Shown here piece by piece: positions 51,063-59,800 of a DNA stretch of 64,000 bases. Positions within the stretch are counted from its first letter, which is position 1, and each line of letters starts with the position of its first letter. Under the pieces are notes generated by a model. That model was not told the DNA's origin, ran no database searches, and saw nothing but the letters and a program-made list of their open reading frames with translations. The stretch spans positions 1 to 64,000 of the forward strand of contig CAVQJC010000004.1 in NCBI GenBank assembly GCA_963712745.1, written 5' to 3'. The DNA is from an uncultured Chloroflexia bacterium. GTDB taxonomy: Bacteria > Chloroflexota > Limnocylindria > Limnocylindrales > CSP1-4. The translations under genes were made by a program, and so were the position numbers.

Positions 51063-51164
51063 CGATCCGGTCCGTATCGTACAACGACTGGCAGAGCATT
51101 GCAAGACGGTCCGTGTCGTTATTTCTTAACCGAGTGCAGGGTTGCCAATGAGACGGACCGTCTC
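51063..51164. promoter_or_regulatory. Three TetR-type palindromic operators
   Basis: gagacggaccgtctc (51150-51164, perfect), aagacggtccgtgtc (51103-51117), cgatccggtccgtatcg (51063-51079). Confidence 0.75.
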
Positions 51165-51180
51165 GTAGGATGGTCGGTAT

Positions 51181-51876
51181 ATGACAGTCGAGGCAAAGGA
51201 CGCCGCGGCCGCGGGCGACCCGCTGGACGAGCTCATCGCGCAGGAAGCACCGTCCGATGCCGTGAGGCGCACCGCCAAGCTCGGACGGCCACGCAGCGAC
51301 CGGGCCCACCGGGACATCACGCAGGCCTTCCGGGAACTCCTCATCGAAGAGGGTTTCGGCAAGGTACGCATGGAGCACGTGGCTGCGCGGGCCAACGTGG
51401 GCAAGGCCACCATCTACCGCCACTGGCCCACCAAGGAGGCCCTGGCGCTGGAGGTGTTGCTGCAACTGGCGACGCCTCACCTCGCTGTCCCGGACGTGGG
51501 CGACACCAGGATCGAGCTGCTGGCGACCGTGCTGGCCCCGATGCGGGCCCTGACCGAAACGGACTTCGGGCCGGTCATCCGCGCGCTGCTCTCGGAGATC
51601 GCGCGAAACCCCGAGCTGGGCGATCCCTTCAGGGCCACGGTCGTACAGGCCCGGCGCGATGAGGTTGCCCGGGTCATCGCCCGAGGCGTCAGGCGTGGCG
51701 ATCTGCGGCCAGACGTGCACCCGGAGGTGGCCACGGAGATGCTCGTCGGCCCGGTGTACTGGCGGCTGATGTTCGGTGGCGCCCTCGACGCCGAGTTCGC
51801 CGAGCGCATCGTCGACGACGTCCTGCAGGGCTGGTCGATGCGCGGCTGGGGTGAGGTCGCCACCAACTGGCTGTAG
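51181..51876 (+). CDS. TetR/AcrR family regulator
   Basis: GRPRS...VAARANVGKATIYRHWPTKEAL. Confidence 0.93.
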   Translation: MTVEAKDAAAAGDPLDELIAQEAPSDAVRRTAKLGRPRSDRAHRDITQAFRELLIEEGFGKVRMEHVAARANVGKATIYRHWPTKEALALEVLLQLATPHLAVPDVGDTRIELLATVLAPMRALTETDFGPVIRALLSEIARNPELGDPFRATVVQARRDEVARVIARGVRRGDLRPDVHPEVATEMLVGPVYWRLMFGGALDAEFAERIVDDVLQGWSMRGWGEVATNWL

Positions 51877-51946
51877 CGGGCGCCCGCGGCGCTTCAGCTG
51901 GCGCCCCGGCACCGGGTCGGGTGCCGACAGCGGAGCCTGGGACGCC

Positions 51947-52669
51947 CTAGTCGCCGAGAGGCAAGCGCTCCATGAGCACGAGGAACGGTGTCGTCTGCGC
52001 CGACGGCGACTCGATCACGGGCAGGCGCAACCAGGTCTCGCCCGCGGGTCCGCTCTTCCAGCGGGCGTCCAGCCTGCGAGCGGAGATGGCCGGCAGGCCG
52101 AGCGAGGCCACCGCTCGTCCGAGCATCCGTCCCTCGCCCACGATGCCGCGGTTCAGGACGCAGTGATCGGAGTCCTCGAGGGCAGCGGCCAGGCGTCGTC
52201 GTCGTTCCACGAACGGCATCCGCGCTAGCGACTCGCCTTCGAGATAGGGCAGGTCGGTCGCCACGAAGGCGCCTTCGGCAGGCTCGTCGGTGACGGCGCC
52301 GGCTCGCAGGCGCCGTCGCAACAGCCCTTCATCGGGCCGTCCTTCGTGGTCGAGGGCAAGGATCACCCCTTCCACGATCAGGCCGTCCGCCGACAGATGA
52401 GCGCGGAGGGCGGACAGCTCGGGAAAGGCCGAGAGCGGGTCGGCCAGGTGTTCGGTGGCGAGGACCAGGCTGTTTCCTTCACGCCGGATGGAAGCATGGG
52501 CGCCGGGCCACCAGGGCTCGAAGAAGTAGCCCTCATCGTCGAAGGGTCCGTGTCCATCGCTCGGCTCCGGCAGTGCGATGCGCGCGGGCAAGGCCCCATC
52601 CCGGGGGCCTGCCTCGGCCGCGAACGACAGCGGCAGCTGTCCCTCGGCCGCACGGTCCTTGGCCGTCAT
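51947..52669 (-). CDS. ATP-dependent DNA ligase adenylation-domain homolog with degenerate catalytic motifs
   Basis: FFEPWWPG, FPEL, IVEGVI, ATDLPYLEGESL..MPFVERRRRL, ISARRLD..W..G.....WL. Confidence 0.8.
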   Translation of the reverse strand: MTAKDRAAEGQLPLSFAAEAGPRDGALPARIALPEPSDGHGPFDDEGYFFEPWWPGAHASIRREGNSLVLATEHLADPLSAFPELSALRAHLSADGLIVEGVILALDHEGRPDEGLLRRRLRAGAVTDEPAEGAFVATDLPYLEGESLARMPFVERRRRLAAALEDSDHCVLNRGIVGEGRMLGRAVASLGLPAISARRLDARWKSGPAGETWLRLPVIESPSAQTTPFLVLMERLPLGD

Positions 52670-52700
52670 CGTGGCCGGCTCCCCCTCGGCTGGCTGCGGG

Positions 52701-53651
52701 TCAGGCGGTCTTGCGGCGCGCTGCCGGGGCGGCCGTCTTGGACTTCGAGCGGGACTTGGACCCGCTGGTGGCCTTGGCCTTGGTGGCCCTGGGCTGGCGC
52801 GCACGGGCCTTGCGCGCCTTCTCCACCGACACCGGCTCCCCGGCCTTCGTCGCGGGAGCGCCGACCCCTTCCGCCCGGGCGGCGGCCACGCTGGCTTCGA
52901 GCACGGCCATGAGGTCCGTGAGCCTGCTGGTCTCGGGTTCCGGTGCCGGCGCCTCCACTGGCTGGCCGGCGACCTTGCTGTCGATGACCTTGAGCAGCGC
53001 CTCGCGGTACTCGTCCTTGTAGCGCCCGGCGTCGAACTCGCCGGTAAGCGCGTCTACCAGTTGGCGGGCCATCTCGAGCTCGGCCGGCTTGAAGTCGGCT
53101 TCCCCTTGGGGGATGTCCAGGTCGGCAGTGTCCCGCACCTCGTCAGGCCAATAGAGCGTCGACAGCAGCATGGTGGGGCCGAACGGGTCGAGGGCCGCCA
53201 GCTGCTCCCTGTCCTTGAGCACGATCTTGCATACCGCCTGCAGCTGGCTGTCAGCCAGCACGCTCTTGAGCAGGGCGAAGGCCTTGCGTCCGACCGGTTC
53301 AGGCTCGAGGTAGTAGGACTGCTTGACGAAGCGCCCCCCGGCGTCCTCGCGGCGCGCCGGCACGAACTGCTCGATCTCGATGGAGCGGACGGTCTTGAGT
53401 GGCACGGCTTCGAAGTCGCTCTCCTCGAGGACGACGTACTGGCCCTTGGACCACTCGTAGCCGCGCACCGTGTCGGAGCGCTTGATCTCGCCGTGGTCGG
53501 GACAATGCACCTTCATCCCGATGCGCTTGAGGTCCTCGGCGTGAAGCATGTTGAAGGAGAGGCCCCCACGCGACTCGGTCGCGAGGTAGAGCCGGACGGG
53601 GATGGTGACGAGGCCGAACTGGATGGCGCCGCGCCACATCGCGCGTGGCAT
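52701..53651 (-). CDS. ku: NHEJ Ku protein
   Basis: MPRAMWRGAIQFGLVTIPV, GYEW.KG.YV, LYWPDEVR, YKDEYRE, DLM.VLEAS, basic tail. Confidence 0.96.
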   Translation of the reverse strand: MPRAMWRGAIQFGLVTIPVRLYLATESRGGLSFNMLHAEDLKRIGMKVHCPDHGEIKRSDTVRGYEWSKGQYVVLEESDFEAVPLKTVRSIEIEQFVPARREDAGGRFVKQSYYLEPEPVGRKAFALLKSVLADSQLQAVCKIVLKDREQLAALDPFGPTMLLSTLYWPDEVRDTADLDIPQGEADFKPAELEMARQLVDALTGEFDAGRYKDEYREALLKVIDSKVAGQPVEAPAPEPETSRLTDLMAVLEASVAAARAEGVGAPATKAGEPVSVEKARKARARQPRATKAKATSGSKSRSKSKTAAPAARRKTA

Positions 53652-53780
53652 GTGCGTACTCCTTGCGGTGCGGACGAGCGGCGTCCGCCAGGGGCGAAAG
53701 CATAGCGCCGCGCTCGGGGTATGCCTAGCCGCCCCCCCACAGCGGGGTCGAGCGCCGAGGAACGGTATCCTCGCTCGACG

Positions 53781-54554
53781 ATGAGAAGGTTCGCCGTTTG
53801 GCCGCTGGTCGCCGCCCTGGCCGCGGGTGCGTGCGCCGCGGACGGTCCTGCCGCGCCCTCCCCGGATGCCTCGGCCAGGTCTGCGACCACTGCCGTGGAG
53901 GAGCCGGTCGACGGGACCAGTGCCAGTTACGAGGAGCGAGGCGAACCGCTGCGGATAGTGACCCTCGGAGACGCCTACACCCGAGGCACCGACACCGCCG
54001 CCCCGCGTCGCGACAGCTGGCCATCGCAGCTGGTCGAGTCGCTCGAGCGCAGCGGTCTGTCACTGTGGCTGTGGAACCTCGCGGAGCCCAGCCACACGAG
54101 CAGTCAGCTCATCGAGGAGCAACTGGGCCAGGTCGCCTCGCTCGAGCCGGACGTGGTCACGCTGCAGGTCGGCGTCAACGACATCATCGCGCACGAGACC
54201 GACTGGTACCACGACAACGTCGAGATCATCCTCGATGAGTTGCTGGCGATCCTGGGGCCCGACCGGATCTTCGCGGTCACCACGCCTGACCACACGTTGA
54301 CCGAGTGGGGCGACGCCTTTGGCCCGCGCGAGGACGGCAGTGTGGCCGTGGCCGAACTGAACGCCACCTTGGCCGAGGTCGCCGCCGCGCGTGATATCGA
54401 GGTCGTCGACATCGGCCAGGTCAACGACCTCGCCCTGGCCGACCGGAGCCTCGTGGTCGGGGATGGGCCGTACCCCACCGCCAAGCAGTACGCGGGCTGG
54501 GTAGAGGTCATCGGCCCCCGCGTCTACCAGGCTCTCGTCGCGATCGGGAGGTAG
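53781..54554 (+). CDS. SGNH/GDSL-fold lipoprotein with catalytic Ser and His replaced
   Basis: Lipobox LAAGAC; GDAYT, GVND, DGPYP. Confidence 0.85.
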   Translation: MRRFAVWPLVAALAAGACAADGPAAPSPDASARSATTAVEEPVDGTSASYEERGEPLRIVTLGDAYTRGTDTAAPRRDSWPSQLVESLERSGLSLWLWNLAEPSHTSSQLIEEQLGQVASLEPDVVTLQVGVNDIIAHETDWYHDNVEIILDELLAILGPDRIFAVTTPDHTLTEWGDAFGPREDGSVAVAELNATLAEVAAARDIEVVDIGQVNDLALADRSLVVGDGPYPTAKQYAGWVEVIGPRVYQALVAIGR

Positions 54555-54565
54555 TACGCTTGGCG

Positions 54566-54625
54566 CCTCTTGCGAACCCGGTCCCGTGAGGCCGGGATCC
54601 CGGTCCGGTGAGGCCAGCAAGGAGG
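54566..54625 (+). promoter_or_regulatory. Tandem PyrR-binding-loop-like elements with anti-SD pairing
   Basis: ggtcccgtgaggcc and ggtccggtgaggcc resemble the PyrR loop ARUCCNGNGAGGYU; cctcttgc can pair with gcaaggagg. Confidence 0.7.
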
Positions 54626-54636
54626 ATGCCCGAGCC

Positions 54637-55812
54637 ATGACTCGCGAGGCGCTGCAGCCGGCGCCGACGTTGCCGCTCCCCGCCGACGCCGTCGTCGATC
54701 CCCGCATCGGCAGCAGCGGCCCCTGCCTGCTGGCGTTGGAGGACGGGGCGATCTTCCGGGGGGTGGCCTTCGGAGCCACCCGTTCGGGTGGAGGCGACCT
54801 CGTGGTCAACACCTCCCAGACGGGCTACCAGGAGGTTTGCACCGACCCCAGCTACGCGGGTCAGGTGGTGGTCATGACCTTCCCGCTCATCGGCAACCAC
54901 GGCCGCTTCGCGGATGACGATCAGTCGGAACGCCCCTGGCTGAACGGACTCGTGGTGGGCCACGCCACCGCGGGTGTGCTGGGCCGGGCGCGCCAGATCG
55001 TGCATCTGCTGCGTTCCGAGGGCGTCCCCGCCATCGCCGGGCTCGACACGCGCACGCTGGCGCGGCACCTGCGCGAGAGTGGCTCCCTGCGCGGGGTCAT
55101 CACCGCCCCCGGCGAGACCGACCCCGATGCAGCCGTGGCCGCGGCTCGGGCGGTGCCGGCCTGGGAGGCCCAGGACTTCGTCTCGAAGGTGTCGGCCGCC
55201 GCGCCCTACGAGGTCGGCGACCGCGGGCCCGTGGTGACGGTGGTGGACCTCGGCCTCAAGACGAGTATCGTGCGCTCCCTCCGCCGACGGGGTGCGCGCG
55301 TCCGCGTATTGCCCCATACCGCGGGCGCCGAGCTGGTCCTTGCCCCCGACGTGGATGGGGTCGTCATCTCGCCCGGCCCGGGCGACCCCGGCATGCTCGA
55401 CGAGCAGGTAGCCCTGGCGCGCGCCATCGTGGCTGACGGCCGGCCGCTGCTGGGCATCTGTCTGGGCCACCAGATCGTCGGGCGCGCGGCCGGGGCCAAC
55501 ACGCGGCGCCTGCGTTTCGGGCACCACGCCGCCAACCATCCCGTCCGCGACGAGACGTCTGGCCGGGTGATGGTGACGGCGCAGAACCACGAGGTCGAAG
55601 TCGTGGGCGAGTCCCTGCCCGGGGCGTCCGGCTTCTACGTCAGCCAGCGCAACCTCAACGACGGCACGGTGGAGGGGCTGCGCCACCACTCGCTGCCGAT
55701 CGAGACGGTGCAGTACCACCCCGAGGGCTCTCCCGGGCCGCTCGATGCGGCCGAGGTCTTCGACCGCTTCCTGGGTCACGTGCGTGCCTACGCCAGTCTG
55801 ACGCACCCGTGA
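54637..55812 (+). CDS. carA: Carbamoyl-phosphate synthase small subunit
   Basis: TGYQE.CTDPSY.GQ, SPGPGDP, GICLGHQ, QYHPE. Confidence 0.96.
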   Translation: MTREALQPAPTLPLPADAVVDPRIGSSGPCLLALEDGAIFRGVAFGATRSGGGDLVVNTSQTGYQEVCTDPSYAGQVVVMTFPLIGNHGRFADDDQSERPWLNGLVVGHATAGVLGRARQIVHLLRSEGVPAIAGLDTRTLARHLRESGSLRGVITAPGETDPDAAVAAARAVPAWEAQDFVSKVSAAAPYEVGDRGPVVTVVDLGLKTSIVRSLRRRGARVRVLPHTAGAELVLAPDVDGVVISPGPGDPGMLDEQVALARAIVADGRPLLGICLGHQIVGRAAGANTRRLRFGHHAANHPVRDETSGRVMVTAQNHEVEVVGESLPGASGFYVSQRNLNDGTVEGLRHHSLPIETVQYHPEGSPGPLDAAEVFDRFLGHVRAYASLTHP

Positions 55813-58800
55813 CCGCCCAGGTCCGCTCGGTCCTCATCATCGGCTCTGGCCCGGTCGTCATCGGCCAGGCCGCGGAGTTCGACTACGCCGGCACACAGGC
55901 CTGCCGGGCGCTCCGCGAGGAGGGCATCCGCACCATCCTGCTCAACTCCAACCCGGCCACCATCATGACCGATCCCGGCGTGGCCGACGTGGTCTATCTG
56001 GAGCCACTGACCGTGGCCTCCGTAGAACGGATCCTCGAGATCGAGCGGCCGGACGGTATCCTGGCGGGCCTCGGCGGTCAGACCGGGCTGAACCTGGCCA
56101 TGGACGTGGCGCGGGCAGGCGTGCTCGAGCGCACGGGCGTCCGGCTGCTGGGCACCCCCATCGAGGCCATCGAGATGGCCGAGGACCGCGAGCGCTTCCG
56201 CGATCTGCTCGACTCCATCGGCCAGCCCTATGCGCCGTCGGTCATCATCGAGGGTGGTACCGAGCAGGAACGGACGGCCGGACTCGAGCGCGCCTTCGGT
56301 GATATCGGCCTGCCGGCCATCGTCCGGCCCGCTTTCACGCTCGGCGGCACCGGCGGTGGCATCGTCGACACTCGCGAGACGTTCGAGGAACGCGTGCGGG
56401 CCGGCCTGCGCCTGAGTCCTATCGGCCAGGTCATGGTCGAGCGCTACCTCACCGGCTGGCAGGAGATCGAGTACGAGGTCATGCGTGATGGGGCCGACAC
56501 CTGCATCGCGGTGTGCTCGATGGAGAACGTCGACCCGCTCGGCGTGCACACTGGCGACTCGGCGGTGGTGGCGCCGGTACAGACCCTGCCCGATCCGGTG
56601 CATCAGCGGCTGCGCACAGCGGCGCTCGACATCATCCGCGCGCTCGGCGTCGAGGGCGGCTGCAACGTCCAGTTCGCCCTGTCCCCCGATTCGACCGACT
56701 ACGCGGTCATCGAGGTCAACCCGCGCGTGAGCCGCTCGTCGGCGCTGGCCTCGAAGGCCACCGGCTACCCCATCGCCCGGGTGGCCGCCCAGATCGCGAT
56801 CGGGCGGCGCCTTGACGAGATCCCCAATGCCATCACCGGCACGACCGTGGCTGCCTTCGAGCCCGCTCTCGACTACGTGGTCGTGAAGCTGCCGCGATTC
56901 CCGTTCGACAAGTTCCCCGGCGCCGACCGCGGGCTGGGATCGCAGATGAAGGCGACCGGTGAGGTCATGGCCATCGAGCGTACCTTCGGCGCGGCCCTCA
57001 ACAAGGCCCTGCGTGGTCTCGAGCAAGCCGGAGCCGGCTTCCTCGCCGAGGATCCAGCCTGGTGGCCGACGCTGGAGGTGCTGGCCGGCTGGGCGGCCGG
57101 CGGTCGTGGCGAGCACGCCCCCATCCCCGAGGCGCCCATGAGCCAGGTCGAAGCGTTCGCCGACGTGCTCATGGACGACGATGGGCTCATCGTGAGGCGA
57201 GGGGAGGGAGCCGTACCCGCCTCGCGGGCCACGCTCCTGACCCGCTTCCTGCGCCCCTCCGACTCGCGCCTGTGGCGACTCCTCGCGCTGCTGAGGCGAG
57301 GGGTGCCCGCGGCGGACCTGCAACGGATCACGGGCATGGCGCCCTGGTTCCTGTCCGAGATGGAGCGGCTGGCCGAGCTCGAGCATCGCCTGCGGGTCGA
57401 GGGTCCGGCCGTGACCGACGAACTGCTCGTGCTGGCCAAGCGCGCCTGTTTCAGCGACCATGACATCGCGGCCGTCAGCGGCATCCCCGCGCGGGAGGTC
57501 AGGGCCAGGCGGCATGCCCTGGGCTTGCGACCCGGCTTCGCCATGGTCGACACCTGTGCCGCCGAGTTCGCCGCCGAGACGCCCTACTTCTACGCTACCT
57601 ACGCGGCGGCCGGCTCCGAGCCTGAGGCTGCCCCGGTGGAGCGCCCGGCCGCGCTCGTCATCGGCTCCGGTCCCGTGCGTATCGGCCAGGGCATCGAGTT
57701 CGACTATTGCGCGGTGAAGGCGGCACAGACCTTGCGCGAGGACGGTGCCTCGGCGGTGATGATCAACTCCAACCCCGAGACCGTCTCGACCGACTTCGAC
57801 GCCTCCTCGCGGCTCTACTTCGAGCCGCTCGACGAGGAGAGCGTGATGGAGGTCATCGACGCCGAGACCCGCGACGGCGAGGAGCGGCTTCCGGCCCTGA
57901 TCCAGTTCGGTGGCCAGACCCCGCTCAACCTGGCGGTCGCGCTCGAGGAAGGCGGCGTGCCCCTGCCGGGCATCGACGTCGACGCCATCGACCGGACCGA
58001 GGAAAGGACCCGCTTCGCGGGCATGATCGAGGCGCTGGGCATCCCGCAGCCGCGGGGCGGGATGGCCACCTCGCTCGACGAGGCCCTGGCCGTGGCCGAG
58101 GAGATCGGCTATCCGGTACTGGTGCGGCCGAGCTTCGTCATCGGGGGGCTGGCCATCGACTTCTGCTACGGGCCCGACGACCTGGCGCGCCAGCTGGCCG
58201 CAGCCACCGTCATCACCGCGGACCGTCCGGTGCGCATCGACGCCTACCTCGAAGGCCTGGAGGTCGATGTCGACGCGGTCACCGACGGTACCGACGTGCT
58301 CATCCCCGGACTCATGGAGCACGTCGAGCGCGCCGGCGTGCACTCCGGCGACAGCACCGCCTTCTTCCCGCCGCAGCAGCTCTCGGCGGCCGATCAGGGA
58401 CTCATCGTGGGATCCATGCGCCGGGTCTGCCTGGAGATGGGCGTGCGCGGCCTGGTCAACGCCCAGTTCATCGTGCGTGAAGACGGCGTCTACATCCTCG
58501 AGGTCAATCCCCGAGCCAGCCGCACGGTGCCCTTCCTGTCCAAGGTGACCGGCGTGCCGATGGTGGCCCTGGCCACGCGCGTCGGCGGCGGGGCCACCCT
58601 GCGGGAGCTGGGCTGGCCCGACGGCCTGCTGCCAGAGCCGCCCTTCGTGGCCGTGAAGGCCCCGGTGTTCTCGACGGCCAAGTTGCGCGGAGTCGATCCC
58701 TCGCTGGGGCCGGGCATGCAGTCGACCGGCGAAGTCATCGGCCTGCATGACGATGCTCGTGTGGCCCTGGCCAAGTCGCTGCTCTCGGCTGCGCTCCATC

Positions 58801-59249
58801 CGCCGCTGCCCGGGCCCGAGGGAGCGGAAGTGGTCATCTCTGTGGCGCCGCGCGATGTCGGGCGCATAGGCGAGCTAGCCGGCGCGCTGGCCTCCGCCGG
58901 CTACCATTTCACGGCCACACCCGGCACCGCTGCTGCCCTCCGCGAACACGGCCACGAGGTGCGCGAGGTGGCCATGGCCGGCGACGACCAGGCCGATCTT
59001 CCGGGCATCCTCGATGTCATCGCCGGGGGTGGCGTCTCGCTCATCGTGAACACGCCCATGCCGCGCTCCGGCGCCGTGCTCGACGCGGCGGCCGTGCGTC
59101 ACGCGGCCATCGCCGAGGGCGTGCTCTGCATGACCACCATGGAAACTGCCATCGCAGCGGCTCACGCGCTGGAGCCGGCGGCGCAGACACGCATCGGCGA
59201 TGTGCGCTCGCTCGAGTCGTGGCTCCTTCGCGGTCGCGGGCATGGCTGA
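55809..59249 (+). CDS. carB: Carbamoyl-phosphate synthase large subunit
   Basis: GSGPVVIGQAAEFDYAG, NSNPATIMTD, EVNPRVSRSSALASKATG, MGS domain. Confidence 0.97.
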   Translation: MTAQVRSVLIIGSGPVVIGQAAEFDYAGTQACRALREEGIRTILLNSNPATIMTDPGVADVVYLEPLTVASVERILEIERPDGILAGLGGQTGLNLAMDVARAGVLERTGVRLLGTPIEAIEMAEDRERFRDLLDSIGQPYAPSVIIEGGTEQERTAGLERAFGDIGLPAIVRPAFTLGGTGGGIVDTRETFEERVRAGLRLSPIGQVMVERYLTGWQEIEYEVMRDGADTCIAVCSMENVDPLGVHTGDSAVVAPVQTLPDPVHQRLRTAALDIIRALGVEGGCNVQFALSPDSTDYAVIEVNPRVSRSSALASKATGYPIARVAAQIAIGRRLDEIPNAITGTTVAAFEPALDYVVVKLPRFPFDKFPGADRGLGSQMKATGEVMAIERTFGAALNKALRGLEQAGAGFLAEDPAWWPTLEVLAGWAAGGRGEHAPIPEAPMSQVEAFADVLMDDDGLIVRRGEGAVPASRATLLTRFLRPSDSRLWRLLALLRRGVPAADLQRITGMAPWFLSEMERLAELEHRLRVEGPAVTDELLVLAKRACFSDHDIAAVSGIPAREVRARRHALGLRPGFAMVDTCAAEFAAETPYFYATYAAAGSEPEAAPVERPAALVIGSGPVRIGQGIEFDYCAVKAAQTLREDGASAVMINSNPETVSTDFDASSRLYFEPLDEESVMEVIDAETRDGEERLPALIQFGGQTPLNLAVALEEGGVPLPGIDVDAIDRTEERTRFAGMIEALGIPQPRGGMATSLDEALAVAEEIGYPVLVRPSFVIGGLAIDFCYGPDDLARQLAAATVITADRPVRIDAYLEGLEVDVDAVTDGTDVLIPGLMEHVERAGVHSGDSTAFFPPQQLSAADQGLIVGSMRRVCLEMGVRGLVNAQFIVREDGVYILEVNPRASRTVPFLSKVTGVPMVALATRVGGGATLRELGWPDGLLPEPPFVAVKAPVFSTAKLRGVDPSLGPGMQSTGEVIGLHDDARVALAKSLLSAALHPPLPGPEGAEVVISVAPRDVGRIGELAGALASAGYHFTATPGTAAALREHGHEVREVAMAGDDQADLPGILDVIAGGGVSLIVNTPMPRSGAVLDAAAVRHAAIAEGVLCMTTMETAIAAAHALEPAAQTRIGDVRSLESWLLRGRGHG

Positions 59250-59754
59250 CCCGTTCGTCGACGGCCTGCCCGACGACGCGCTCGTTCTGCTGGTCGGTCC
59301 CGCGGGCGCGGGCAAGTCGACGTGGGCGGGAGCACGGTTCGCGCCCGCGGCCGTGCTCTCAGCGGATGCGTTCCGAACACTCGTGGCTGGCGACGCCTCC
59401 GACCAGTCGGCCACGTCCGATGCCTTCAAGGTCCTGCACACCGTGGCGTGGGCTCGCCTCCGGCGCGGCCTGCTGACGGTGGCCGACGCCACCAATCTGA
59501 CCGCGGGGGCGCGGCGCTCGCTGCGGCGCATGGCGGGGGAGGCTGGGCGCCCGACGGTCGTGGTCGTCTTCGACATCTCGCTCGACCGGTGCCTGCAGCA
59601 GAACGCCGCTCGCCCAGGACGCTCGGTGCCCGAGGCCGTCGTGCGGCGGCATCGAGAGGCGCTGCCGGATGTCCTGGCGCGCCTGCCCCGCGAAGGATAT
59701 GCCGCCATCCTGCACCTCCGAGACGCCGACATGGACGGGACCCCGCTATGGTGA
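59242..59754 (+). CDS. AAA_33 / polynucleotide kinase-like P-loop protein
   Basis: GPAGAGKST, LSADAFR, DATN; overlaps the carB stop. Confidence 0.85.
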   Translation: MADPFVDGLPDDALVLLVGPAGAGKSTWAGARFAPAAVLSADAFRTLVAGDASDQSATSDAFKVLHTVAWARLRRGLLTVADATNLTAGARRSLRRMAGEAGRPTVVVVFDISLDRCLQQNAARPGRSVPEAVVRRHREALPDVLARLPREGYAAILHLRDADMDGTPLW

Positions 59755-59800
59755 GCCGCAGCCTGGTCCGCAGTGCGCGAGGCAAGTCGGAGGTGCGAAT

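Noticed and set aside
50179-51900. Integrated prophage or island at tRNA-Lys
   Set aside because: No integrase, and I saw no duplicated tRNA 3' end in the window.
55788-58799. Very long antisense ORFs (also 54-2048 and 39359-41098)
   Set aside because: Shadow frames of real genes in high-GC DNA, with no recognisable motifs.
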